The translations under genes and the position numbers were made by a program. A stretch of DNA of 64,000 nt. It comes from Trueperaceae bacterium (GTDB lineage Bacteria > Deinococcota > Deinococci > Deinococcales > Trueperaceae). Under the pieces are notes generated by a model. That model was not told the origin of the DNA, did no database searches, and saw only the letters and a program-made list of their open reading frames with translations. This document shows, in pieces, positions 11,648 through 20,533 of the stretch (positions within the stretch are counted from its first letter, which is position 1; every line of letters begins with the position of its first letter). Location: NCBI GenBank assembly GCA_034520945.1, contig JAXHNB010000006.1, positions 608,001-672,000 on the forward strand, given 5' to 3'.

Positions 11648-12418
11648 TCAGGGTTCGAAGACGTCGTCTGCGTCGTCATCGCCGGTCGCATCGTCGGGTT
11701 CCTCTTCGCGGCCCGGCATGCGGCCGTGCTGGACCGCTTCGGCCACCACGGAGGGCAGGCCCCAACCGACGATGTCGAACGCGACGGCGGCCACGTCGTA
11801 CTCGACCTTGTCCATGCGCACGTCCACGCCGTCTTCGCGCACCTGCAGCAGGGCGTAGTCGGCGCCCGGCTCGCCATTCAGGGACAGGCCGACCGACCCG
11901 GGGTTCACCGCCAGGCCCTGCGCCGCGCGCCGCAGGAACGGAACGTGCGTGCCGCCCGTCGCCAGGATGGTGCAGCGGTTCTCGTCCAGCAGGCGGGCGA
12001 ACCGCATCGGATCGACGTGCAGGTCGGTGCGTCCCGCGGGATCTTCCGCCGTGCCGTGGAACGCGCGGAACCGTCCGTACGGCGTGTCCAGCCGTCGTTG
12101 GACCGGCAGCTCCCGCAACCAATGCACGTGATCGAGCTCCAGGATCTCGCGTGTCCACTCCAGGGTCTGATCGCCGACGCCCTTGCGCGGCACCGCCTGC
12201 CGCGCGAAGTCGAACGCGATCCGTTCGTCGGCGGCGCCGAGCGTGCACAGCAGCTTCTCTTCGCGGATCCGTTCCAGCGTCTCGTTGGGGGCGGGCCCGT
12301 AGCCGACCATGTCGCCCAGGCACACCACCGTGTCCGCCCGGCGCGAGCGGAGCTCGGCGAGGACGGCGTTCAACGCCACCACGTTGGCGTGAACGTCGCT
12401 GATCAGCCCGATGATCAC
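11648..12418 (-). CDS. Metallophosphoesterase family protein
   Basis: ISDVHAN, LGDMVGYG, FHG, THVP, NPGSVG motifs (GNH motif altered to GAA). Confidence 0.85.
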   Translation of the reverse strand: MIIGLISDVHANVVALNAVLAELRSRRADTVVCLGDMVGYGPAPNETLERIREEKLLCTLGAADERIAFDFARQAVPRKGVGDQTLEWTREILELDHVHWLRELPVQRRLDTPYGRFRAFHGTAEDPAGRTDLHVDPMRFARLLDENRCTILATGGTHVPFLRRAAQGLAVNPGSVGLSLNGEPGADYALLQVREDGVDVRMDKVEYDVAAVAFDIVGWGLPSVVAEAVQHGRMPGREEEPDDATGDDDADDVFEP

Positions 12419-12437
12419 GTGGGTCGGCCCTCCCCGC

Positions 12438-13502
12438 TCAGGCGTCCGGCGCGCGGACGGCGTCGGCGTCGCTCAGGAAGGCGCCCAGCAGGGTGACGGC
12501 CGCTTCGAGGTCGCGCTTGGCCACCATCTCGGTCACGGTGTGCACGTACCGCGACGGCGTCGAGAGCGTCACGCTGGCGACCCCCGCGCGGCTCTGTTGG
12601 ATGGCGGCGGCGTCGGTACCGCCACGGGGCAGGACCTCGTACTGATGCGGGAGGTCGTTCGCCTCGGCCATGGCGCCGAGCCGGTCGACCAGCCAGTCCT
12701 GGCTGATCGAGCGGCCGTCCGAGATCTTGATGGCGACGCCGTCGCCCATGCGCGTCACCGCCTGGTGCTCGGGCGTGCCGGGGGTGTCGATCGCCAGGGT
12801 GGTGTCCAGGGCGACCCCCACGTCGGGGGCGACGCCGAACGCGGAGGTGGTGGCGCCGCGGACGCCGACCTCCTCCTGGACGCTGAACACGGCCGCCACC
12901 CGGACCTGCGGCGCGGCCAGGCGCCGCAGCGTCTCGATCAGGATCCAGCAGCCGCTCCGGTCGTCCAACGCCTTGCCGGTGACGACGTCGCCGAGGTCGT
13001 GGAAGGACGGAAGCAGCGTCACCATGTCGCCGACGCGGACCTCGGCGCGCACCGTCTCGGCGGGCAGGCCGAGGTCGACGGCGAAGTCGTCCATCTCCGG
13101 GATCTTGGTCCGTTCCTCCTGGGAGGCGACGTGGACCGGTTTCACGGCGGGATTCAACACGCCGATGCGGGGCGCGCCGTCGCGCACGTGGACCGTGACG
13201 TGACGGGCGAACAGGTTCCGCACGTCGAAGCCGCCCAGGTTGTGAATGCGCAGAAAGCCCTTCTCGTCCACGTGGCGCACCACGAAGCCGATCTCGTCCA
13301 TGTGGGCGCTGACCATGACGCGGGGCGCCCCCGATGGGCCGGGCGCCTCGGCGATCAGGTTGCCCATCGCGTCGACGCGCAGGTCGAGATCGAGGCCGTT
13401 CAGCGCCTCGCGAATGCGATCGCGGACCCGCGCTTCGCGTCCGGGAATGCCCGGCGCCTCGCACAGGGTCGCGAGCAGGTCGTAGTCGAACCCATCGCTC
13501 AT
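12438..13502 (-). CDS. M42 family metallo-aminopeptidase
   Basis: AHMDEIG, KALDDR, QEEVG, GGTDA, RYVH motifs. Confidence 0.93.
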   Translation of the reverse strand: MSDGFDYDLLATLCEAPGIPGREARVRDRIREALNGLDLDLRVDAMGNLIAEAPGPSGAPRVMVSAHMDEIGFVVRHVDEKGFLRIHNLGGFDVRNLFARHVTVHVRDGAPRIGVLNPAVKPVHVASQEERTKIPEMDDFAVDLGLPAETVRAEVRVGDMVTLLPSFHDLGDVVTGKALDDRSGCWILIETLRRLAAPQVRVAAVFSVQEEVGVRGATTSAFGVAPDVGVALDTTLAIDTPGTPEHQAVTRMGDGVAIKISDGRSISQDWLVDRLGAMAEANDLPHQYEVLPRGGTDAAAIQQSRAGVASVTLSTPSRYVHTVTEMVAKRDLEAAVTLLGAFLSDADAVRAPDA

Positions 13503-13551
13503 GTCCGGAGCCTACCACCGGCGTTCGCGCCCGGCGCCCCCGGACCGGCCG

Positions 13552-14562
13552 TCAGGGAGGCCCGTCTGCGTGGGCCTCGTCCAGCCAGGCCAGGATCGCG
13601 TCCGACGCGGCCTCCGGGCACTCCTCGTGAAGCGCGTGGCCGCAGCCGGCCAGCCGGGTCGCGCGCGCGGCCGGCAACGCCTCGACCAGCCGCTCGGCGT
13701 CGCCTTCGGGCAGGACCGTGTCCTCCTCGCCCCGCAGCACCAGCACCGGGACGCGAAGGTCGTCCAGTCGGCCCGCCAGGCGCGGGCTCCGGCGCGCCTT
13801 CGTGAAGGCCCACAGGGCGCGGTCCCAGCCTTCGACCCGCATTGCCTGCTGGGCCGCCTCGCGGGCGGGCTGGTACAGGCCGTCCGGGTCGGCGTAGGCG
13901 GCGCGCAACAGCTCGTCGGTCGAGGCGCCCGCCATCTGCCGCAGCAACAGCGGCCCGATCCGGTTCAACTGCGGGGTGTGCAACAACCAGCGCGTGCCGG
14001 CCGGGGCCCCACCGCGCGTGTAGACGGCGGGCCCGATCAACACCAGGCCCGATACCCGCTCGGGGTGAGCCAGCGCGGTGCGGAGCGCCAGCAGCGCGCC
14101 GGAGGAATGCCCGATCAGCACCGCCGTGTCCGCGCCGGCCGCGTCCATCGCGGCCAGCGTCTGCGCGACCTGCGCGTCGGGCCGGTAGGGGGCCGCGTCG
14201 CCGTACGGGGTGGGTCGTTCGCTCAACCCGAACGCCGGCCGGTCGAACGCCAGCGTCGGCGCGCGCGACGCCAGGCGGGGGGCCAGGAGGTCCCACGTCC
14301 GCAGGGTGGAGGCGAACCCGTGCAGCAGCACGAACCCGGGGGTGGGCCGATCGTCGGCGCGGGTGGCGGGCGTGAAGGCGGCGTGCAGCCGGACGCCGCC
14401 GGCGTCCAGCCAGGTGGCCTCGTCGTCGGCCAGAGATGCGGCCGGCTGGACGTCCTCCAGCGGCGGGGCCGGCCACAGGAGTGGGCCGATCAGCACCGCG
14501 CCGGCCAGCAGGGCCAGCAGCGCCAGCGAAACCTTGATTCGGAACGGCATGCCGGCCATCAC
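13552..14562 (-). CDS. Membrane-anchored alpha/beta hydrolase
   Basis: LLHGF, DRPAFGLS, GHSSG nucleophile elbow, GEED, CGH. Confidence 0.88.
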   Translation of the reverse strand: MMAGMPFRIKVSLALLALLAGAVLIGPLLWPAPPLEDVQPAASLADDEATWLDAGGVRLHAAFTPATRADDRPTPGFVLLHGFASTLRTWDLLAPRLASRAPTLAFDRPAFGLSERPTPYGDAAPYRPDAQVAQTLAAMDAAGADTAVLIGHSSGALLALRTALAHPERVSGLVLIGPAVYTRGGAPAGTRWLLHTPQLNRIGPLLLRQMAGASTDELLRAAYADPDGLYQPAREAAQQAMRVEGWDRALWAFTKARRSPRLAGRLDDLRVPVLVLRGEEDTVLPEGDAERLVEALPAARATRLAGCGHALHEECPEAASDAILAWLDEAHADGPP

Positions 14563-14612
14563 ACCACGGGGGGCGGGCCGCCGCGGTCGCGCGACGGTGG
14601 TAGCGTCGCGCC

Positions 14613-15479
14613 ATGAGAGCCGTCGCTACGTTTTCGATTCTAGCGCGCGACCCGGCGTCGGGAGCGCTGGGGATCGCGACCGCCAGCCGCTTCCTCGCGG
14701 TCGGCGCCGTCGTGCCCCACGCCGTGGCGGGGGTCGGCGCCATCGCGACGCAGTCGTTCGCGAACACCTCGTACGGGCCACGGATGCTCCAGGCCTTGCG
14801 GGCCGGCGTGCCGCTCTCGTTGGTGCATCGCGCCTTCGAGGAGACCGACGCGCAGCACGCCTCGCGGCAGTACGGCATGGTCGACGCGGACGGGCACACG
14901 CTGACGTTCACCGGCGACGCCTGCCACCCGTGGGCGGGGGGCCGGACCGGTCAGGACTACGCGGCGCAGGGGAACCTCCTGGCCGGCCCCGAGGTGATCG
15001 CGGACCTGGCTGACACCTTCGAGGCGACGTCGGGGGCGTTGCCCGAACGGTTGATGGCGGCGTTGCGGGCGGGCGACGCGGCGGGTGGGGATTCGCGCGG
15101 GCGGCAGGCCGCCGCGCTGCTGGTGGTCCGTGCCGGCGGCGGCTACGGCGGGCTGGACGACCGCTACGTCGATCTGCGGGTGGACGACGATCCCGACCCG
15201 GTGGGGCGCCTGACGGAGCTGTTGACGTTGCAGCGGTTGTACTTCGGGGCCCCGGACCCAGACGACGTGGCGCCGATCGAGGGCGAGGTGGCCGAGCGGG
15301 CGTTGCAGGTGCTGCGCGCGCACGGGCGGCTGCCGCCCGACCACGAGCGCTGGGACGACCGCGCCGAGCAGGCCCTGCGCGACCTCGCCGGCGTGCTGAA
15401 CCTCGAAGAGCGCATGGTGGCGCCCGGCAGGGTGGACCTGCAGGCGCTGGCGCACATGGAGCGGGTCGCGCCGGCCTGA
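14613..15479 (+). CDS. DUF1028 (Ntn-hydrolase-like) protein
   Basis: TFSILARDP N-terminus, AAQGNLL, GGDSRGRQAA, DLRVDD. Confidence 0.88.
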   Translation: MRAVATFSILARDPASGALGIATASRFLAVGAVVPHAVAGVGAIATQSFANTSYGPRMLQALRAGVPLSLVHRAFEETDAQHASRQYGMVDADGHTLTFTGDACHPWAGGRTGQDYAAQGNLLAGPEVIADLADTFEATSGALPERLMAALRAGDAAGGDSRGRQAAALLVVRAGGGYGGLDDRYVDLRVDDDPDPVGRLTELLTLQRLYFGAPDPDDVAPIEGEVAERALQVLRAHGRLPPDHERWDDRAEQALRDLAGVLNLEERMVAPGRVDLQALAHMERVAPA

Positions 15480-15516
15480 CCCGCGGGGACGCCGGCGCAG
15501 GGGCGGGCGCCTAGGC

Positions 15517-16344
15517 TCAGCGTCCCTCAAAGGCGGGATCGCGCCGTTCCAGGAAGGCGCGCACGCCCTCCTCGCGGTCCTGCGTGGTGGCCACGAGGCC
15601 GAACAGGTCCGCCTCGACCTCGAGCCCTTGCGGCAGGGTGCCGTCCATGCCGCGCACCACCGCCTCCTTCGCCAGGCCCAGCGCGACCGGCGCGTTGCGG
15701 AGCAGGTCCCGCGCCAGCGCCTCCGCGGCCGCCTTGGCGTCGGGGTCGATCCGCGCGACCAGGCCCATCGCGGCGGCCTCCTCGGCGTCGACCATGCGGC
15801 CGGTGAGGATCAGGTCCAACGCCCGCGATTCGCCGATCAGGCGTGGCAGGCGTTGCGACCCGCCGTAGCCGGGGATGAGCCCCAGCGTCGTTTCGGGGAG
15901 GCCCAGCTTGGTGCCGGGTGCGGCGATCCGCAGGTCGCAGGCCAACGCCAGCTCCAGGCCGCCCCCCAGCGCGAAGCCGTGCAGCGCGGCGATCGTGGGG
16001 AAGGGCAGGGCGGACAGGCTGTTGGTCACGTCCTGGCCAGCCAATGAGGCTTCACGCCCCGAGAAGGCGTCGTCCATGTTCAAGAAGCCGGACACGTCGG
16101 CCCCGGCGCAGAATCCGCGGCCGGCGCCGGACAGCACCAGCGCGCGCACCTCCGCGTCGGCCTCCACCAACTCCAGGGCGGTGCCGAGCTCCAGCAGCGA
16201 CTCCGACGTGAGCGCGTTGCGCGCGCCCTGGCGGTCCAGCTCGAGGAACGCCACGCCGTTCTCGCTGCGGAGCGTCAACGTCTCGAAGTCGGGGGCGTCC
16301 CGAATCGGGGAGGTGTCGTTCCCGTTGTCGCCTGGATCGTCCAT
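15517..16344 (-). CDS. Enoyl-CoA hydratase/isomerase
   Basis: FCAGAD, GFALGGGLELALACD, GLPETTLGLIPG. Confidence 0.93.
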   Translation of the reverse strand: MDDPGDNGNDTSPIRDAPDFETLTLRSENGVAFLELDRQGARNALTSESLLELGTALELVEADAEVRALVLSGAGRGFCAGADVSGFLNMDDAFSGREASLAGQDVTNSLSALPFPTIAALHGFALGGGLELALACDLRIAAPGTKLGLPETTLGLIPGYGGSQRLPRLIGESRALDLILTGRMVDAEEAAAMGLVARIDPDAKAAAEALARDLLRNAPVALGLAKEAVVRGMDGTLPQGLEVEADLFGLVATTQDREEGVRAFLERRDPAFEGR

Positions 16345-17198
16345 CACGTACCTCCGTACTCGAAGAACCCTCGGCCGCGCTTGCGCCCCAAGTGGCCGGC
16401 GCGGACCATGCGGCGCAGCACCGGGGCGGGGCGGTAGCGCGGGTCGCCGAACTCGCGGTGCAGGCTCTCCATCACGGAGAGCACCACGTCCAATCCCACC
16501 ATGTCGGCCAGCGCGAGGGGCCCGATCGGCATGTTGGCGCCGAGCGTCATGGCCCGGTCCACGTCGTCGGGAGTGGAGGTGCCCTCGTCCGCCAGCGTCG
16601 CCGCCTCGTTCAGGTAGGGGATCAGCAGCCGGTTGACGAGGAACCCCGGGCGGTCCTCGCAGCGGACCGGCGTCTTGCCGAGCGATTCGGCCAGGCGTTC
16701 CGCGCGGGCCAGCGTGTCGCCTGTGGTGGCCTCGCCACGCACCACCTCGACCAGCGGCATGATGGGCGCGGGCACGAAGAAGTGCAGCCCGCACAACGCC
16801 TCCGGCCGGCCACTGGCCGTGCCCAGCGCGGTGACCGACAGGCTGGAGGTGTTGGTGCACAGCAGCGCCTTGCGGGGGGCGCCCTGACCCACCTCGGCCC
16901 ACACCCGGCGCTTGACCTCGTCGTCCTCGACGACCGCCTCGATCACCGCGTCCGCGGAGGCGACCGCGTCGGCGAGCCCGCGCGTCTCGACCGTGATGCG
17001 CTCGGCCGCGTCGGCCGCCTCGCCGGGCGACATGCGGCCCTTCTCGGCCTGGCGGTCCAACGCGCTGCGCACGCGTTCGTGCGCGGCGGAGGCGGCACCT
17101 TCGGCGGCATCGAACAGGGTGACGGCGTGTCCGGCGGTGGCGCACGCCTGGGCGATGCCGGCGCCCATGGTGCCGGCCCCGAGGACGGAGACGTTCAC
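16344..17198 (-). CDS. 3-hydroxybutyryl/3-hydroxyacyl-CoA dehydrogenase
   Basis: GAGTMGAGIA Rossmann, IEAVVED, TNTSSL, GLHFF, PGFLVNR. Confidence 0.93.
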   Translation of the reverse strand: MNVSVLGAGTMGAGIAQACATAGHAVTLFDAAEGAASAAHERVRSALDRQAEKGRMSPGEAADAAERITVETRGLADAVASADAVIEAVVEDDEVKRRVWAEVGQGAPRKALLCTNTSSLSVTALGTASGRPEALCGLHFFVPAPIMPLVEVVRGEATTGDTLARAERLAESLGKTPVRCEDRPGFLVNRLLIPYLNEAATLADEGTSTPDDVDRAMTLGANMPIGPLALADMVGLDVVLSVMESLHREFGDPRYRPAPVLRRMVRAGHLGRKRGRGFFEYGGT

Positions 17199-17923
17199 GA
17201 CGCCGCCTCGGCGCCTTCGTGCAGCGCGACGCACGCCTCGAGCGTCGCGCGGACCATGGCGGCCACGCCGTCCGCCAACACCTCCGGCGCCACGAACGCG
17301 GGATCGCCGATGTGGTTGCTGGCGACCAGCATGCAGCCCGTCCGCACCCCCCGCAGGCGCCCCAGCAGGAACAGGGCGGCGGCCTCCATCTCGACGCCCA
17401 GCACACCGCGCGCCGCCAGGGCCGGCACCTCTTCGGGGCGGCGCGCGTAGAAGGCGTCCTCGGTGTGGATCAGGCCCACGTGGGCGGGCGGCTCCGCTTG
17501 TGCCGCGTCCACCAGGGCGCGGGTGGTCTCGAAGTCGGCGCTCGGCGCGTACGGGTCGCCCCCGAGGTACATCCGGGTGGTGCCGTCGTGCGGCACGGCG
17601 GCGTCGGCGACGATCCGGTCGCCCGGCGCGACGTGATCGGCGACGATGCCGGCCGTTCCGACCCGCACCAGCGTCCGAGCCCCGAGGCGCACGAGTTCCT
17701 CGACGACGATCGCCAGGCTGGGGCACCCCATGCCCGTCGTCTGCACGCTGATGGGCACGCCGCGGTAGCGGCCGCTGTAGCCCAACAGCCCACGGTTGTC
17801 CGTCGTGAGGCGGGCGTCGTCCAGGAAGGTCTCCGCGATGGTGCGGGCCCGGCCCGGGTCGCCTGGCAGGAGCACGAACGGGGCCAGCTCGCCGGGTTCG
17901 ATGTGCAGGTGGAGTTGGCTCAC
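17195..17923 (-). CDS. Purine/uridine nucleoside phosphorylase (DeoD/Udp family)
   Basis: LLPGDPGRA, TTGMGCPS, RVGTAG, VEMEAAA. Confidence 0.92.
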   Translation of the reverse strand: MSQLHLHIEPGELAPFVLLPGDPGRARTIAETFLDDARLTTDNRGLLGYSGRYRGVPISVQTTGMGCPSLAIVVEELVRLGARTLVRVGTAGIVADHVAPGDRIVADAAVPHDGTTRMYLGGDPYAPSADFETTRALVDAAQAEPPAHVGLIHTEDAFYARRPEEVPALAARGVLGVEMEAAALFLLGRLRGVRTGCMLVASNHIGDPAFVAPEVLADGVAAMVRATLEACVALHEGAEAAS

Positions 17924-17990
17924 CCGTCAAGCCTAGCAGACGGCGTGGACGCCGGCCGTGGCCGTCGTGCGCGTGCTAGACTCTGCCCGA

Positions 17991-18362
17991 ATGGACACCG
18001 TGCGCGACCTTCTCGAGACGTGCCGGCGCGACGCCGACGCCGACGTCGCCCTCTTGGTCGGTGCCGACGGCCTGGTGATCGAGCAGGCCGGCCCCGAACG
18101 AGGCGGCGCGGACACCGATCTGCCGTTGGCCGCGGCCGAGGCGACCGATCTGCTGCGCGTCGCCGACCGCATCCTGCGCGACGCCGTCGCCGCCGGCACG
18201 GCGCACGAGGCGTGGTGCGCGGCTGGCGCCACGTCCGTGCACCTCGCACGATTGGACGAGGGGGCGTTCGTGTTGTCCGTGTCGGGTGGACCTGCGGACC
18301 CTGCGCGGGCGCGGGGCGCCGTCGCGCAGGTCGCCGACCGGCTGCGGGCGGTCCTGGCGTGA
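17991..18362 (+). CDS. Roadblock/LC7 (MglB-like) protein
   Basis: ALLVGADGLVIE motif, ~120 aa. Confidence 0.75.
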   Translation: MDTVRDLLETCRRDADADVALLVGADGLVIEQAGPERGGADTDLPLAAAEATDLLRVADRILRDAVAAGTAHEAWCAAGATSVHLARLDEGAFVLSVSGGPADPARARGAVAQVADRLRAVLA

Positions 18363-18724
18363 CGCTCCGCGCGCGCCTCGAGGGGCTGTTGGCAACCCGC
18401 GGCGTGCGCAGCGTCGCCGTGTCCAGCAACGACGGGTTCCTGTTGGAGTCGGTCGGGGGGGACGACGCCGACGGCGAGTTCGTCGCCGGCATGATCGCCA
18501 GCAGTCTGGCCTCCGGCCAGGCGCTGGCGGAGTTGTTCGGTGACGGCGCGGTGCGGCAGGCCACCATCGAGTACGAGCGCGGGCCGGTGGTGCTGCTCCC
18601 GATGCCCGACGACGCGGAAGGACACGTGCTGGTGGCGGTGTTGGACGACGCCGCGGCGCTCGGCCGGGTACGGTTGGCGTTGCGACGCGCCCTGCCGGAG
18701 CTGGCACAGGAGGTGACGACGTGA
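18359..18724 (+). CDS. Roadblock/LC7 (MglB-like) protein
   Basis: GVRSVAVSSNDGFLLE, QATIEYERG, LGRVRLAL; GTGA coupling. Confidence 0.85.
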   Translation: MTLRARLEGLLATRGVRSVAVSSNDGFLLESVGGDDADGEFVAGMIASSLASGQALAELFGDGAVRQATIEYERGPVVLLPMPDDAEGHVLVAVLDDAAALGRVRLALRRALPELAQEVTT

Positions 18725-19020
18725 GCGACGAGAAACGGCCCGGCCAGAAGCGACTGGAACTGGACCTGCCGCGCGACACGGCACGCGGGACGTACGCCAA
18801 CGGGACGGTCGTGAGTCACGGCACCAACGAGATCGTGTTGGACTTCGTGGCCGCCCTGCCCCACCACAAGCCGCAGGTGGTGTCGCGGGTGGTGCTGCCC
18901 CCCGCCCAGGCGCAGGCATTGCTGCGCACCCTGAAGCACAACCTCGAACGGTGGGAGGCCGCGCACGGCAAGGGCGGCACGCAGGCCGCCCGCTCCGGCC
19001 ACGACGAGGAACCGAACTGA
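18721..19020 (+). CDS. DUF3467 family protein
   Basis: GTYANxxxVSHxxxEIVLDF...SRVVLPP motif. Confidence 0.82.
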   Translation: MSDEKRPGQKRLELDLPRDTARGTYANGTVVSHGTNEIVLDFVAALPHHKPQVVSRVVLPPAQAQALLRTLKHNLERWEAAHGKGGTQAARSGHDEEPN

Positions 19021-19094
19021 ACGACATGGCGGGCGCCGACCGGTAGGTCGGCGACGCTACCCCTGTCCGAGCGGGCCTGCGGTTCAATGCCGCC

Positions 19095-19715
19095 ATGCCG
19101 ACCGAGACCGTCACGGTCTACTTCGACTTCCTGTGTCCGTTCGCCTGGCGTGCCGCCGAGTTGGTCGCGCGTGTCGACGAGCCGTTGGACCTGCGCTTCG
19201 AGTGGGTCCATTTCAGTTTGTTCCAGGCGCGCGAGCACGGCGCCAACGGTTGGCAACTGTGGAACGACCCGATCGACCCGGACGACCCGGGCGGCTCCAA
19301 GGGGCTGTTGCCGTTCTTGGCTTCGATCGCGGCCAATCGGCAGGGCGAGGAACGTGGCGACGCGTTCCGATTGGCGCTGATGCGATTCAGGCACCGCGAG
19401 CATCGCCCGTTGAACCGGGACACCATCCTGGAGGCGGCGCAGACGGCCGGGCTGCACCTGGCCACCTTCGGACGCGACCTGGACGACCCCGAAGCGCGAA
19501 CCGTCCTCGCTCGTGATCACGCCCGGGCCGTGGACGCCCAGGTGAACGGCACCCCGACGTTCCAGTTCCCGGGCGGGCACGTCGCCCGCCTGCGCTTCAA
19601 GGCGCTTCCCAGCGACACCGAGACGTCGGTGCGGCTGTTCCGGGACGTGTACGGCATGCTGTCCGCCTACCCCTACCTGCACACCATCGAACGCCCCTCC
19701 GCGCGCGGCAACTGA
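19095..19715 (+). CDS. DsbA-family thioredoxin-fold protein (single Cys)
   Basis: YFDFLCPFAW and VNGTPT motifs. Confidence 0.82.
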   Translation: MPTETVTVYFDFLCPFAWRAAELVARVDEPLDLRFEWVHFSLFQAREHGANGWQLWNDPIDPDDPGGSKGLLPFLASIAANRQGEERGDAFRLALMRFRHREHRPLNRDTILEAAQTAGLHLATFGRDLDDPEARTVLARDHARAVDAQVNGTPTFQFPGGHVARLRFKALPSDTETSVRLFRDVYGMLSAYPYLHTIERPSARGN

Positions 19716-19768
19716 CGCCGGGCCGCGGACCCGCCGCGCAGCGCGGCCCCCCGGGATACACTGTCGCC

Positions 19769-20533
19769 GTGTCCGTCACGGTTCGCGTTGCTCATGGTTC
19801 GGATGCGGGACGCGTCCGCCCCCTGAACGAGGACTACCACCGCGTGTCCAGGTTCGTTCGCGACGACGGGGCCTTGTGGCTCCTGGCCGTCGCGGATGGC
19901 ATGGGGGGCGCCGCCGCGGGCGAGGTCGCCAGCAAGATCGCGGTGGAGGCCGTGGACGAGACCGTGCGCCGCTACGTGCGCGAGCGGAGCGAAGGCCGCG
20001 ACCTGGTCGGCCTGGAACCGCTGCTCGAGAAGGCCATCCGGCTGGCCAACCGGCGCGTGCACGCCGCGGCGCTGCAGAACCAGGCGGCCCGCGGGATGGG
20101 CACCACGCTCACGTGCGTGGCGTTCGAGGATTGCGTGCTGCACGTCGGGCACGTGGGCGACTCGCGTGCCTACCTGTGCCGCGGACCCACGATCTACCAG
20201 TTGACGCGCGATCACAGCTGGGTCGAGGAGCAGCTTCGCCTCGGGGTGCTGAGCGAAGAGGAGGCGCGCACGCACGAGTGGCGCAACCTGATCACGCGTG
20301 CGTTGGGCACCCGGCCGCAGCTGGCGCCGGACACCGCGCGGGTCGACCTGAAGCCGGGCGACGTCCTGTTGCTGGCCACGGACGGACTGCACGCCGTGGT
20401 CGAGGCCGAGGAGATCCTGGCGGAGGTGGGCCGCGGTCCGGACCTGCAGGCCAGCGTGGACGGGCTGATCGCCCTGGCGAACGAGCGCGGCGGTCCGGAC
20501 AACGTCACCCTGGTGTTGGCGGAGGTGTCGTGA
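19769..20533 (+). CDS. PP2C-family Ser/Thr phosphatase (Stp1/PrpC-like)
   Basis: NED, VADGMGG, GMGTT, HVGDSRAY, LATDGL, GGPDNVT. Confidence 0.95.
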   Translation: MSVTVRVAHGSDAGRVRPLNEDYHRVSRFVRDDGALWLLAVADGMGGAAAGEVASKIAVEAVDETVRRYVRERSEGRDLVGLEPLLEKAIRLANRRVHAAALQNQAARGMGTTLTCVAFEDCVLHVGHVGDSRAYLCRGPTIYQLTRDHSWVEEQLRLGVLSEEEARTHEWRNLITRALGTRPQLAPDTARVDLKPGDVLLLATDGLHAVVEAEEILAEVGRGPDLQASVDGLIALANERGGPDNVTLVLAEVS

